64,000 nucleotides of DNA, taken from contig CBDBEV010000001.1 of the NCBI GenBank assembly GCA_965204535.1, positions 1,408,001-1,472,000 of the forward strand, given 5' to 3'. The notes under the pieces were generated by a model that made no database searches, had not been told where the DNA came from, and was given only the letters and a program-made list of their open reading frames with translations. Shown piece after piece: positions 1 through 9,801 of the stretch; the stretch's first letter is position 1, and each line of letters begins with the position of its first letter. Source of the stretch: a bacterium. Its GTDB lineage: Bacteria; UBA8248. The translations under genes were made by a program, and so were the position numbers.

Positions 1-5
1 TTGTC

Positions 6-1518
6 GGGCCTGTTGAAAAACCCCTGGTTTTGTGATCGTATGGATGTATCCCCCCTCGCCCGAGATGGGAGATTCCCCGATGTTGGACCGCAAGAGGCGC
101 GGGCAGATGGAATTGTTCGTGGCCGGTTCGCTGGAGCAGTTGATTCCCGAAGATTACATATTGTTCCGGGTGAACCGCGTACTGGATTTGAGCTGGCTGC
201 GCGAGGAGGTGGCGGAGTGTTATTGCGCGGACAACGGTCGACCGGGGATCGACCCCGAAGTGGTGGTTCGGTTGATGCTGGCGGGCCTGCTGCTGGGCCA
301 CGTGCACGACCGGCATCTGCTTCGCGAGGCGCAGGTGAACCTGGCGATCCGGTGGTTCATCGGTTACGAGCTGCACGAGGAGTTGCCGGATCATTCGAGC
401 CTGACGCGGATTCGCCAGCGGTGGGGGGAGGCGCGGTTCAAGGAGATATTGCGCCGCACGGTTCAGGCGTGCCTGGAGGCGCAGGTGGCGAAGGGGGAAG
501 TGGTTCACCTGGACGCGTCTTTGATACGCGCGGACGTGAGTTGGGAGAGTCTGGCGGCGCGCCACGCGGAGAAGGTGGTGCGGGAGAACGACTCGGCGGA
601 TGAGACGGGGAAGAAGGGCGGCGGGGGTTCGGGGCCGGTGAGCCGAACGGACCCCGACGCGCGCCTGGCGCGCAAGAGCGCTCGGGCGGGGTTCGAGCCG
701 AGCTACAAGCACCACGCGGTGGTGGACGATGAGCGGGGGGTGGTTCTCGACGTAGAGGTGACGGAGGGGACGTTGAACGAGCGGGAGATGATGGAGCCGC
801 AGTTGGATGCGGTTTGCGAGCTCACGGGTCGCGCGCCCGCGGTGGTGACGGCGGATTCGGGCTATGCGTACTCGAAGGTGTACGGCGCATTGGAGCGGCG
901 TGGCGTCGCCGCGGTGATTCCGGCGAAGAAGGAGCCTTCCCAGAGCCGTGTTCCGCTGCAGTTGTTCCGCTACGACGAGCGGCACAAGGTGGTGAAGTGT
1001 CCGGGCGGCAAGACGCTGCGCCCCCGGAAGGAGACGGAGCGGGGGCGCTACTATGGTTCGAGGACGCGCGATTGCGCGGGCTGCGCGCTGAGGTCGGATT
1101 GTCTTCCCAAGTCGCACACGAGCAGGACGGTGCTGGTTCCGCATGAGTATCCGGCGCTGTTGCGCGCGCGTCGGCGGCACGCGCGCCGGGGGGAGGAGGA
1201 GGGCCGGCTGTGGCGCCGCCACATGTCGCGTTCGGAGGGCTACCACGGCGAAGCGAAGAGTCGGCACGGACTGGCGCGGGCGGTGCGCCGGGGCCTTGCG
1301 AACATGAGGATCCAGGCCTACCTGACGGCGACTGCGGTGAACCTCAAGCGGCTCGCCGCCGCTGTTGCGGCGCGTTTATTCGCGCTCTGGAGGGCCTGGG
1401 CCGCCCGGAGACGCCGTCTGCGCGTTCCTCGCGGCCTCACGCGCCGATTGGGCTTCCTCTCCGCCGCTGCGTGAGCCGCCATACCTCCCGCTTCAAAACG
1501 GGGTTTTTCAACAGCCCC
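6..1518 (+). mobile_element. IS1182-family insertion sequence, copy 1 (1513 bp)
   Basis: TIRs GGGCCTGTTGAAAAACCCC (6-24) and GGGGTTTTTCAACAGCCCC (1500-1518); 5-bp TSD TTGTC at 1-5 and 1519-1523; single transposase ORF. Confidence 0.93.
80..1474 (+). CDS. IS1182-family DDE transposase
   Basis: DUF772-like N-terminus (GRPGIDPEVVVRLML...LPDHSSLTRIRQR), DASLIRAD, SRTDPDA, ADSGY, CxxC zinc motif, C-terminal EAKSRHGL..RRGL; ATG at 80 preferred over ORF-track start 32. Confidence 0.93.
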   Translation: MLDRKRRGQMELFVAGSLEQLIPEDYILFRVNRVLDLSWLREEVAECYCADNGRPGIDPEVVVRLMLAGLLLGHVHDRHLLREAQVNLAIRWFIGYELHEELPDHSSLTRIRQRWGEARFKEILRRTVQACLEAQVAKGEVVHLDASLIRADVSWESLAARHAEKVVRENDSADETGKKGGGGSGPVSRTDPDARLARKSARAGFEPSYKHHAVVDDERGVVLDVEVTEGTLNEREMMEPQLDAVCELTGRAPAVVTADSGYAYSKVYGALERRGVAAVIPAKKEPSQSRVPLQLFRYDERHKVVKCPGGKTLRPRKETERGRYYGSRTRDCAGCALRSDCLPKSHTSRTVLVPHEYPALLRARRRHARRGEEEGRLWRRHMSRSEGYHGEAKSRHGLARAVRRGLANMRIQAYLTATAVNLKRLAAAVAARLFALWRAWAARRRRLRVPRGLTRRLGFLSAAA

Positions 1519-1746
1519 TTGTCAGGGGGGTATGAAAAGGCGACGCCCGCCGCGGGTAGAGGGGCTTTTGTTTTTTCTTGCTCTCTGACAAGGGGGTCTT
1601 TCTTTTTTACCCCCCTGACAAGGGGGGGTAGGGGGGGTTGCCTTTATCCCCTGATAAGGGAGGTTGGGGGTCGAACGCGACCGGAGAGGGAGCGTTCGCT
1701 CCCTTGACAAAGACTTTCTCAACAACCCCCTCAAGGGGAAGTGAAT
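1519..1746. repeat. Right half of family-B REP-like palindrome, then an outer MITE right end and a family-A REP half
   Basis: TTGTCAGGGGGGTA...CCCCCTGACAAGGGGGGGTAGGGGGGGTTG matches 5573-5715 and 42485-42578; CAACAACCCC at 1720-1729 followed by CTCAAGGGGAAGTGAA. Confidence 0.8.
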
Positions 1747-1750
1747 TGCA

Positions 1751-2914
1751 TCATTCCCTTTCTTGCCGCTCCCTCAGGAACGCCCCCACTCTTTCGAGAC
1801 CGGCCTCGATGTTTTCGACCGAGTTGCAGTAGGAAAACCGAAGGAACCCCTCTCCACCCGGCCCGAAATCCGCTCCCGGCGCCACGGCCACGCCGGTGGC
1901 TTCGAGAATTTCTTTTGCCAGTTTCAGGCTGTCCGCCCCGTACGCGCGCGCATCGGCGAAGGCGTAGAACGCGCCCGTCGGCTCATGAAGCATTTTCAGG
2001 CCGATGTCCTCCAGGCGCGCGAGCATGATCTTGCGCCTTTCGTCATAAATCCCGCGCATGCGCTCCGCCTCGGGCACGCCGTCCTTGAGAGCGGCGATCG
2101 CCGCGTGCTGGACGAAGGAATTGGGCGACACGAAATAGTTTTGCTGCAGTATCTCCAGCGGACGGACGTATTCGGGAGGCACGATGAGATAGCCGACCCG
2201 CCAGCCCGTCATGGCGAAATACTTCGAGAAACCGTTGATGACGAAACAATCCTCCGTGAAGTGGAGCGCCGTGTATTCCGCATCCTCGTAGCTGAGTCCG
2301 TGATAAATCTCGTCCGAGACGATGGGAACTCCCAACTCGGCGAGCGCCGCCATGTCCCCTCGCGAGAGCGACGCGCCCGTGGGATTGGACGGCGAGTTGA
2401 TGAGGATGGCCCTGGTGTTCTCGGTGATGCGCTCGCGGACGGCCTCGGCCTTGAGCGCGAAGCCGTGCTCCGCATGGGTAGGGACCCGCACGGGTCTCCC
2501 GCAGGCGGAGAGGATGAAAGCCGGGTAGCAGGCGTAGTGGGGGTCTGAAATGACAATCTCATCGCCCGCATCCACGAGAACGGAGAAGAGCATCAGCAGG
2601 CCCGGGCTCGTGCCGTTCGTCACCACCACGCGTTCGGGAGATACGGATACGCCGTATTTGTGGTTGTAGAATTCCGCGATCGCCTCGCGCAGTTCGGGAA
2701 TCCCCAGAGCTGCCGTGTAGTGGGTGTGGCCGGCGCGCAGGGCGTCCTCGGCGGCGCGGGTGATGACCCCGGGCGTATCGAAATCGGGCTCTCCCACTTC
2801 CAGGTGGATAACATCGCGGCCCTGCGCCTCCAGTTGATGGGCGCGCTCCATGATGTCCATCACCAGGAAGGGCTTGATGCCCGAGATGCGCGCCGGGATG
2901 GAAAATTCCTTCAT
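1751..2914 (-). CDS. PLP-dependent aminotransferase class I/II (aspartate aminotransferase-like)
   Basis: GEPDF, NSPSNPTG, SDEIY, NGFSKYFAMTGWRVG motifs; start MKEFSIP. Confidence 0.92.
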   Translation of the reverse strand: MKEFSIPARISGIKPFLVMDIMERAHQLEAQGRDVIHLEVGEPDFDTPGVITRAAEDALRAGHTHYTAALGIPELREAIAEFYNHKYGVSVSPERVVVTNGTSPGLLMLFSVLVDAGDEIVISDPHYACYPAFILSACGRPVRVPTHAEHGFALKAEAVRERITENTRAILINSPSNPTGASLSRGDMAALAELGVPIVSDEIYHGLSYEDAEYTALHFTEDCFVINGFSKYFAMTGWRVGYLIVPPEYVRPLEILQQNYFVSPNSFVQHAAIAALKDGVPEAERMRGIYDERRKIMLARLEDIGLKMLHEPTGAFYAFADARAYGADSLKLAKEILEATGVAVAPGADFGPGGEGFLRFSYCNSVENIEAGLERVGAFLRERQERE

Positions 2915-3115
2915 GTTTTTTGACCTTTTATGTTTCCAGTTGTTTTTTAAGTGGTTGCTCACCTGCAAGGCTAGTGGTAAAGTGCATTGAACTCAAGACG
3001 TTACACGGATTGATGAACTTTGAATAGGGAATCAGAGAATTTTCCACTCCGGTCTTGTTCCCTGTACGAGGACGGGGTTGCGCACAAATATGGTGGGTAA
3101 GAAGGAGGGAGTCCT

Positions 3116-3409
3116 TTGACGAAAATCGACATCATTAACCTCGTGTCGGACGATACGGGTCTCAGCAAAGTGAAGTCGGAAGAAGCGGTAGAGACGATCA
3201 TCCAGACCATCAAGGAATCCCTCCGCAGCGGCGAGTCGGTTATTCTAAGGCGCTTCGGTTCTTTTCAGGTGAGAACAAAGAACCCTCGCGTGGGGCGCAA
3301 CCCCAAGACGGGTCAGGAGGCGCCCATCAGCGCGCGCCGCGTCGTGCGCTTCAAGGCGGGCAAGCACTTCAAGGATGCGGTGAACGGCGCCGACGTGAGA
3401 TTTCATTGA
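3116..3409 (+). CDS. HU/IHF family DNA-binding protein
   Basis: FGSFQVR..GRNPKTG..FKAGK signature; SD GGAGG upstream of TTG start. Confidence 0.93.
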   Translation: MTKIDIINLVSDDTGLSKVKSEEAVETIIQTIKESLRSGESVILRRFGSFQVRTKNPRVGRNPKTGQEAPISARRVVRFKAGKHFKDAVNGADVRFH

Positions 3410-3430
3410 GCCGGTGATTCTCCCGGCCCC

Positions 3431-4471
3431 CTAGCTTATCAGCATGGCGTCCCCATAGCTGTAGAACCGGTATCCCTCATCAATCGCCTCCACGTATGCG
3501 CCCAGGATTTTCTCCCTGCCGGCGAACGCCGCCACGAGCATGAGCAGGGTCGAGCGCGGCAGGTGGAAATTCGTCAGCATCATGTCCACCAGGTGAAACC
3601 GAAAGCCCGGCCGGATGAACAGCCGGGTGCGGAACTCCCCCGCCTGTAGCGTCCGGCCTCGGGCGGCCGCCTCGATATGTGCGGATTCCAGCGCCCGGAC
3701 CACCGTCGTGCCCACGGCCAGGATTCGCCCGCCGCTTGCTTTCGCATCCTGGATCGAGGCGACGGTCTCTTCGGTGAGAATATAGCTTTCCGCCTCCATC
3801 TCGTGTTCTTCGATGTTTTCCGCCTGAACGGGCCGAAACGTCCCGGCGCCCACGTGGAGGGTGAGCCTCGCGATGCGCGCACCTGCGGCCGAGACCTCTT
3901 CGAGCAGCGTTTCGCTCAGGTGCAGGCCCGCCGTGGGCGCGGCGACCGCGCCGGGGTTTCGGGCGAAGACGGTCTGGTAGCGCTCCTTGTCGACAGCCTC
4001 GGCGCTTCTTTCCAGATAGGGCGGGATCGGCATCTCCCCGAAAGATTCCAGCCATTCGGTGAGGCCGTGCGAGGAGGAGAATTCGAGTTCTCTCTCAAGC
4101 CCCTGGGCCCCGAGCATGGCGCGGTGCGCCTCGTCGAAGACGATCCTTTCGCCTTCGGGCAGGGGGCGGTTGGCGCGCGCCATGGCGCGGAATTTTCCGG
4201 GCGAAAGTTGCTTGAGCAGCAAGACCTCCACCCGGCCGCCGCTCTCCCGCCTGCCGTGAATCCGCCACGGGTTCACCTTCGTGTCGTTGATGACGACCAG
4301 ATCCCCCGGACGCAAATGACGCGGCAGGTCGGTGACCTGGAGATGCGCGAGCGCTTCGCCCTCTCTGGAGAGGTGGAGGAGCCTCGCGTCTCCGCGCCTC
4401 GGCGGCGGGTAGCGGGCGATGAGGTTTTTGGGTAGGTGGTAGTCGAAGTCATCGAGTTTCATGCGCTTCAC
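3431..4471 (-). CDS. queA: S-adenosylmethionine:tRNA ribosyltransferase-isomerase
   Basis: DFDYHLP, NDTKV, RYQTVFA, AAPTAGLH, TNFHLPRSTL, YRFYSYGDAM motifs. Confidence 0.97.
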   Translation of the reverse strand: MKRMKLDDFDYHLPKNLIARYPPPRRGDARLLHLSREGEALAHLQVTDLPRHLRPGDLVVINDTKVNPWRIHGRRESGGRVEVLLLKQLSPGKFRAMARANRPLPEGERIVFDEAHRAMLGAQGLERELEFSSSHGLTEWLESFGEMPIPPYLERSAEAVDKERYQTVFARNPGAVAAPTAGLHLSETLLEEVSAAGARIARLTLHVGAGTFRPVQAENIEEHEMEAESYILTEETVASIQDAKASGGRILAVGTTVVRALESAHIEAAARGRTLQAGEFRTRLFIRPGFRFHLVDMMLTNFHLPRSTLLMLVAAFAGREKILGAYVEAIDEGYRFYSYGDAMLIS

Positions 4472-4506
4472 GCTCTATCCGGTTCCCTTCGGAACGATGC
4501 CCGAAG

Positions 4507-5340
4507 TCAGTCTTCGTCTGCTTCACCCGGGCGGGACGAGACGGCGGCCTCATCCGGCCCGTCTTTTTCTCCCGGATGAAGGAGTTTCCAGATCGCCTGG
4601 CGCAGCACGCCGCGCATCACCCGGACCTCCCTTTCGTCCGGCCCCAGTCTGTCGAGCATCTTTCTGAAAGTCCGGGCCACGCGGTCCGGGTCGTTGTGGG
4701 GGACGAAGCCAATCTGCTCCATGGATTCGAGGAGATGATCCACGAGTCCCTCGATTTCCTCGCGCGATGCGGGCTCGTGTTCATTCGCGCCCTCGCGCTT
4801 CGCATCGCCGACTCCGGGCCGGGCGTTCGGCTGGTTCTGGCAGAACAACTCCCACAAGACGATCAGCACGGCCTGGGAGAGGTTGAACGACTCGCCGTCG
4901 GGCAGTGCCGGGATGAGGAGCCTCTCCTGGCAGAGGCTCAACTCCTCGGTGAACAGGCCCTTGTCCTCCTGCCCGAACACCAGGCCGACTTTCACCCCCG
5001 ATGCGCGCGCGAGCAGAGCGCCAGCGTCCTCTCTCGGGCGCATGGTGGGCTGGCGTTTCCTGCCGAGGCGCCTCGACGTGCCCACCAGCCAGCCGCAATC
5101 GTGCGAGGCCTCGCGAAGACTCGCGAAATGCTTCGCGCCGAGCAGTAAGGGCTGCGCGTTCATGGCCATCGAGCGCGCCTCGACGCTCTTGACGTCGCAT
5201 CCGGGCGAGACGAGGCGCAGGTCCGACAGGCCGAAATGCGACATCACGCGCGCGATGGCGCCCACGTTGCCGGCCCCCCTCGGGCGCACGAGGATGACGG
5301 CGAAATCGGCGTTTTCTTCCAAAGAAACGGGTTCGTCCAT
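4507..5340 (-). CDS. trmJ: TrmJ/LasT-type SPOUT tRNA methyltransferase
   Basis: GNVGAIARVM..FG, VFGQEDKGL, SFNLSQAV and C-terminal EVRVMRG motifs. Confidence 0.85.
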   Translation of the reverse strand: MDEPVSLEENADFAVILVRPRGAGNVGAIARVMSHFGLSDLRLVSPGCDVKSVEARSMAMNAQPLLLGAKHFASLREASHDCGWLVGTSRRLGRKRQPTMRPREDAGALLARASGVKVGLVFGQEDKGLFTEELSLCQERLLIPALPDGESFNLSQAVLIVLWELFCQNQPNARPGVGDAKREGANEHEPASREEIEGLVDHLLESMEQIGFVPHNDPDRVARTFRKMLDRLGPDEREVRVMRGVLRQAIWKLLHPGEKDGPDEAAVSSRPGEADED

Positions 5341-5572
5341 GAGGCGAAATCACCATGTTGGAAAATCTGGAATTTACGGCTCGCCATCGCCGGGTGCAGC
5401 TTTCGTCCATGCTGCCCGACGCAGGCCATGCCCTTTCCTCCTCATAGCACGAAGCGGCCCGGCCTGTCATAAACGAATCGGGTGCGGCGCTGAGTTTCGG
5501 GTGAATCGGTGGTTGCGAATGAATATTCTGCGCTTTTTGCAGGTAGAGGGGATACCCCTCTCGACTGGAAAA

Positions 5573-5715
5573 GCAACCCCCCCTACCCCCCCTTAACAGG
5601 GGGGTAAAAAAGAAGCCCCCGACAAGGGGGAGATATAAAAAGGCGATGCCCACCGCCGATAGAGGGGCTTTTGTTTTTTCTTGCCCCCCTGTTAAGGGGG
5701 GGTAGGGGGGGTTGC
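5573..5715. repeat. Family-B REP-like long palindrome, uninterrupted (empty-site) copy
   Basis: GCAACCCCCCCTACCCCCCCTTAACAGGGGGG ... CCCCCCTGTTAAGGGGGGGTAGGGGGGGTTGC inverted arms; degenerate MITE end follows near 5735-5751. Confidence 0.85.
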
Positions 5716-5825
5716 CTTTATCCCCTGAAAAGGAGACTTTTCCAAAACCCCTTCGGCCGCCGGATTCGCGCCTGAGTCCTTCGGGCGGTGTCATCCGCCT
5801 TGTTTTGGCGTAATATGGACGCGCT

Positions 5826-6218
5826 ATGAGTTCCGACATCACGCGAACATTCGAACGCGGGAACCTGCACGAGTTGGCGGAATTTCTGGTGACGCCCGCC
5901 CGCTCGGGCATTTTTCTCACGAGAAGCCGCATCCGCGCTCTTGCGGGGGAAATGGGCCTGCGCGCGGGCGTTCAGAACCGCGCCAGAATGCTGGAGAACC
6001 TCTTTCGCGAGGCGGGTTCGGACGGTCGGGTGCAGGAACTGCTCGGGCGCATCGACGGGGTGGCGGAAGAGAACCTCGCCCGCTACCGCGCCTGGTCGAA
6101 GGCGTGCCCGCCGTCCAGGGCCGCGTGGCGCGACTGGAGCAAGAAGACGCGAGAGCTGAGGCGCCACCTCAAACAGGCCCGGAAGTGGGCGCGCGCCATG
6201 AAAGAGGAAGTTTCATAA
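5826..6218 (+). CDS. Hypothetical helical protein (130 aa), convergent on torD
   Basis: Plausible protein composition; ATG start; fills the gap between the repeat and torD. Confidence 0.7.
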   Translation: MSSDITRTFERGNLHELAEFLVTPARSGIFLTRSRIRALAGEMGLRAGVQNRARMLENLFREAGSDGRVQELLGRIDGVAEENLARYRAWSKACPPSRAAWRDWSKKTRELRRHLKQARKWARAMKEEVS

Positions 6219-6271
6219 GTCCGGCGGCTCAGGCGCGAAACCCGCGCGGCTCGAACCGACGCCCTCCCTTA

Positions 6272-6910
6272 TCAAAGTATCCCGGCGATGTATTTCCTGT
6301 CCGAGAAGGCGAATTCTCGTATCCATCCGGCGAGTTCGCGGTAGAGATGCGTTTCCGCGTCCTCTTCCATGCTCGACGTGTAGACGGGCATCCAGCGCAT
6401 GAGGTGTTCGTCCATGAACTGCGCGCTCAAGGAGAGTTTTTCCCGCGCGAGGTCGGCGTCTCCATCCTCCCAGGCGTCCGCCTCTTCCGTGGCGAGCCGG
6501 GCCAGGAATTCGAGCTCCACGCTCAGGTGGTCCATCGCCAGGACGCTGGGGTGGGCGAGGCCCTCGCTGCCCCGTCCGGGGTTGTAGCCGCACGCCCGGT
6601 AGAAATCGGCGACCGCATCCGTTCTCTTCGAGTTCAGATGTCCGCTCTCATCCATCAGGGCGGCTTCGTAGGGCGGGGAGGAGAGCACGAAGAGGTTCGT
6701 GAAGTCGACCCGGAGTTTCTGGAGGGCCTCCTCGGTGGCCTCGAACCCTTCGGGGAGGAGGAACGGGTAGTTTTCCCGCAGGAACCCGGCGAGTTCCTTA
6801 TCGAGCGGATCGAGCATCGCCCGCGCCTGCACCCGGTAGAGTTGCGCGCGGAGCCTCGCCTGTTCGGCGTATTCAGCGTGTGAGGCGCGGCGCTTCCAGC
6901 GGAGACTCAT
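6272..6910 (-). CDS. TorD/DmsD-family molybdoenzyme chaperone
   Basis: PPYE and DHLSVELEFL motifs, FMDEHLMRW; ATG at 6910 overlaps the upstream stop (ATGA). Confidence 0.88.
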   Translation of the reverse strand: MSLRWKRRASHAEYAEQARLRAQLYRVQARAMLDPLDKELAGFLRENYPFLLPEGFEATEEALQKLRVDFTNLFVLSSPPYEAALMDESGHLNSKRTDAVADFYRACGYNPGRGSEGLAHPSVLAMDHLSVELEFLARLATEEADAWEDGDADLAREKLSLSAQFMDEHLMRWMPVYTSSMEEDAETHLYRELAGWIREFAFSDRKYIAGIL

Positions 6911-9783
6911 TCGGAGATGGTGTAGGCCTCGGCCTGGGGCTTGTTGGGCCGGGCGAACCACAGCGGACGCCTGAGGTTGTCGGGGCCGGGCGCGGGCTTC
7001 GTCATCTCGAGCCATTGCTTGTAGTGCTCGAAGCTCTTCTTCGTGTCGACGCTGATGTCGCCGTAGCGATCCGCCGCCCCCGCCTTCGTCACCCGCACCT
7101 TCTGGTGCCAGCAGTGCATCCCGCTCACCGGGTCGGGGTTGACCGGGAAGGTGAGGTTCTGGTTCACGCCCACCTCGCGCCACCAGATGCGCTCCGTATC
7201 CGGGTCGTCGCTCTTGAAGGGCTGGACGCCGTGGACCTGTCTCATGGTGTATTCCCCGTCCCCTTTCTCGTCGAGGCGAACGACGGCGGAGGCGATCTTG
7301 GGCGCGCCCTGCTCCTCGCTCAGACGCCAGCGGCCGAGGTGATGCGCCATGGCGACGATGCCGGGCCGAAGACCCTCCGTCACCCAGCATCTCGTGACGA
7401 AATGGCCTATCGCAGTCTCGACTTTCGCGAGGTCGCCCGTGGCAAGCCCCAGGCGTGCGGCGTCGTCCGTATGGAGCCACAGCGGGTTGTTGTGGGTGAT
7501 CTCATAGAGCCACTTCACGGCCGAGCGCGTGTGGATGAGGGTGGCGAGGCGATAGTTGGGAAGCAGGTCGAACTCGTTGTTCTCCCTTTGCATGTCGCGC
7601 CAGTAGACGTGGGTCTTCATGTACTTGGGTATGGCTTCATCGCCCCAGTTCCAGGCCGCCATGGTCGGGCTGTAGAATTCGAGTTTCTTGGACGGGGTGT
7701 GGAAGCCCTCTCTCGCTCTTCCCCGGCTCATGTTGCCGATGAGCGCGCCGTCTTTCCAGACAGACCCCGTCGCCTCGTCCACGTGGGCGTCGTGCATCGC
7801 TTCGTCCGGAAGCTCGTGCATGTGGGGTTCGTACACGTTTTCCTGCACGGCGAAGACGCCGTATTTGCGCATGTATTCCAGCGGCGTCAGGCCTTCTTTC
7901 TCGGCGGCCTCGGGCAGTCCCGGCACGCCGTTCTCGAACATCCACTGGTAGTATTCGTTCACCGTGATCTTCTCGCCCGGCCTGTAGGGACTCTCGAAAT
8001 ACTGCCGGATGCCGAGCGAGCCGTCGGGGTCGATACGCCAGGAGAGTTCGATGTGGAGTTCGTCCTCCTCCCACACCTCGCCGGGGTTCGTCTCGCGCGA
8101 GGTCTCGAACGTCTCGCCCATCTTCTCGCGCAGCGCGCGGAGCACGGGCTGGCGGAAGCCCACCCATTTCGTGGGGTGCGTCTCCTGGCTCTGGTTGTCG
8201 TGGCGTTCCGTCGCGTTGCCCATCGGCAGAATGTAGTCGGCGAACCACGCCGTCTCGCTCCAGGTGGGGGTGAGCGCGACGTGGCAGCCTATCTTGTCGT
8301 GGTCTTTCAGCATCTCCACCCACATGAAGCCGTCGGGGTTCGTCCACACCGGGTTGTAGACCCGCGTGAAGTAGACGTCGACGCTGTGGCCCTTGTCCTT
8401 CACGAGATGGGGCATGAGGAAGCTCATCTCGAAAAACGCGAGGGGGTATTCCCGGGGGAAGAGAAGCTCGTTCCACTCTTTCGGTCCCGGCGCGGGGTTG
8501 GGGTGTTTGGGCACGAACTTGTGCGTGTTCGCCAGGTGGGTTCCGCCCACCGTGCCCACCGCGCCCGTCAGAGACGGCAGGAAGTGCAGACAGCGCGACA
8601 CCTGCCAGCCGTGCAGGTTGCCCGTGGCGGCCGCGCGCCATACGTGGACGCAAAGCCTGCTCCCGGCGCGGGCGACGACCTGCGCGACTTCGGCGATCAA
8701 GTCGGCGGAAACGCCCGTCTCCTCCGCCGCGTACTCGAAGGTGAACTCCGCGTATTCTTCCTTCAGCTTTTCGATGAAGTTCTCGAAACTCGCCTCTTCA
8801 TGGGGGTGGACGGTCCGCATGTATTCGGTCCAGTTAAACCATTCCTCGACGAACTGCGCGTCGAACTGACCGGTGTCGAGCAGGTAGCGCGCGATGGCGA
8901 GCAGAATCGCAGACTCGGTGCCGCTGTAGGCGGGCAGCCAGTAGTCGGCCTTCGCCGCCGTGTTGGAGAGCCTGGGGTCGATGACGATGAGCTTCGCCCC
9001 GCTCGTCTGCGCCTCGATGATGCGCTGGGCCGAGGGGTTGTAGTAGTGGCCCGTGTCGAGGTGGCTGCTGATCAGCAGGATGGCGTCGGCGTTGGTGAAA
9101 TCGGGCGATGGCCTGTCCGAGCCGTTCCAGAGGAACTGGCCGATGCGGGCGGAGGAACTGCACACGTTGGTGTGGCTGTTGTGGCCGTCCACGCCCCAGC
9201 CGGCGAGCGTCTTGAACATGTAGCCGTCCTCGCCGGGGCGTCCCACGTGGTAGATGACGCCGTTTCGCCGCTCCGCCAGAATCGCCTCTCTAATGCGCCC
9301 GGCGATGTCGTCGAGCGCCTCGTCCCAGCTCACGCGCTCCCACTTGCCCTCGCCGCGCTCGCCCACGCGCTTCAGCGGATAGAAGATGCGGTCGGGGTCG
9401 TAGACCTGGTTGAGCGTCACCCAGCCCTTCGCGCAGTTGCGCCCGCGCGAGGCGGGGTGGAGCGGGTTCCCCTCGATTTTCCTGATCTTCATGTCGTCCT
9501 TGTCGACGTAGGCCAGAAGTCCGCAACCCGCCTCGCAGTTGAAGCAAAGGGTCGGGACCAGCGCGTAGTTCCTCGCCACCTTCTGCGGCCATTTGGTGCT
9601 CTCGTATTCCGTCCAGTTGTCCCATTGGTCCGGGCTGGGATAGGAGGTGAGGGCGCCGTTCGTGTTCGTGTAATTGAGTTGTCCCGCCGGAGCCGCGGGC
9701 GGGGCCTTGGCCAGCAGGTCGGGGCGGCCCAGCGAGGCGACGTCGCGCGCGCCCTTGCCGATTTGAAGATGACTTGTGCTCAT
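6907..9783 (-). CDS. Molybdopterin oxidoreductase catalytic subunit (DMSO reductase/MopB superfamily), no Tat signal
   Basis: CFNCEAGC..NCAKG Fe4S4 motif, RVSWDEAL, HTNVC putative Mo ligand, C-terminal LWLHTDDAARLGL molybdopterin-binding domain. Confidence 0.93.
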   Translation of the reverse strand: MSTSHLQIGKGARDVASLGRPDLLAKAPPAAPAGQLNYTNTNGALTSYPSPDQWDNWTEYESTKWPQKVARNYALVPTLCFNCEAGCGLLAYVDKDDMKIRKIEGNPLHPASRGRNCAKGWVTLNQVYDPDRIFYPLKRVGERGEGKWERVSWDEALDDIAGRIREAILAERRNGVIYHVGRPGEDGYMFKTLAGWGVDGHNSHTNVCSSSARIGQFLWNGSDRPSPDFTNADAILLISSHLDTGHYYNPSAQRIIEAQTSGAKLIVIDPRLSNTAAKADYWLPAYSGTESAILLAIARYLLDTGQFDAQFVEEWFNWTEYMRTVHPHEEASFENFIEKLKEEYAEFTFEYAAEETGVSADLIAEVAQVVARAGSRLCVHVWRAAATGNLHGWQVSRCLHFLPSLTGAVGTVGGTHLANTHKFVPKHPNPAPGPKEWNELLFPREYPLAFFEMSFLMPHLVKDKGHSVDVYFTRVYNPVWTNPDGFMWVEMLKDHDKIGCHVALTPTWSETAWFADYILPMGNATERHDNQSQETHPTKWVGFRQPVLRALREKMGETFETSRETNPGEVWEEDELHIELSWRIDPDGSLGIRQYFESPYRPGEKITVNEYYQWMFENGVPGLPEAAEKEGLTPLEYMRKYGVFAVQENVYEPHMHELPDEAMHDAHVDEATGSVWKDGALIGNMSRGRAREGFHTPSKKLEFYSPTMAAWNWGDEAIPKYMKTHVYWRDMQRENNEFDLLPNYRLATLIHTRSAVKWLYEITHNNPLWLHTDDAARLGLATGDLAKVETAIGHFVTRCWVTEGLRPGIVAMAHHLGRWRLSEEQGAPKIASAVVRLDEKGDGEYTMRQVHGVQPFKSDDPDTERIWWREVGVNQNLTFPVNPDPVSGMHCWHQKVRVTKAGAADRYGDISVDTKKSFEHYKQWLEMTKPAPGPDNLRRPLWFARPNKPQAEAYTISE

Positions 9784-9801
9784 GTTCTTGAAACTCCCGT
9801 A

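Noticed and set aside
6911-7480. N-terminal extension of the TorD ORF in the track
   Set aside because: Overlaps the catalytic subunit gene out of frame; ATGA coupling at 6907-6910 gives the natural start
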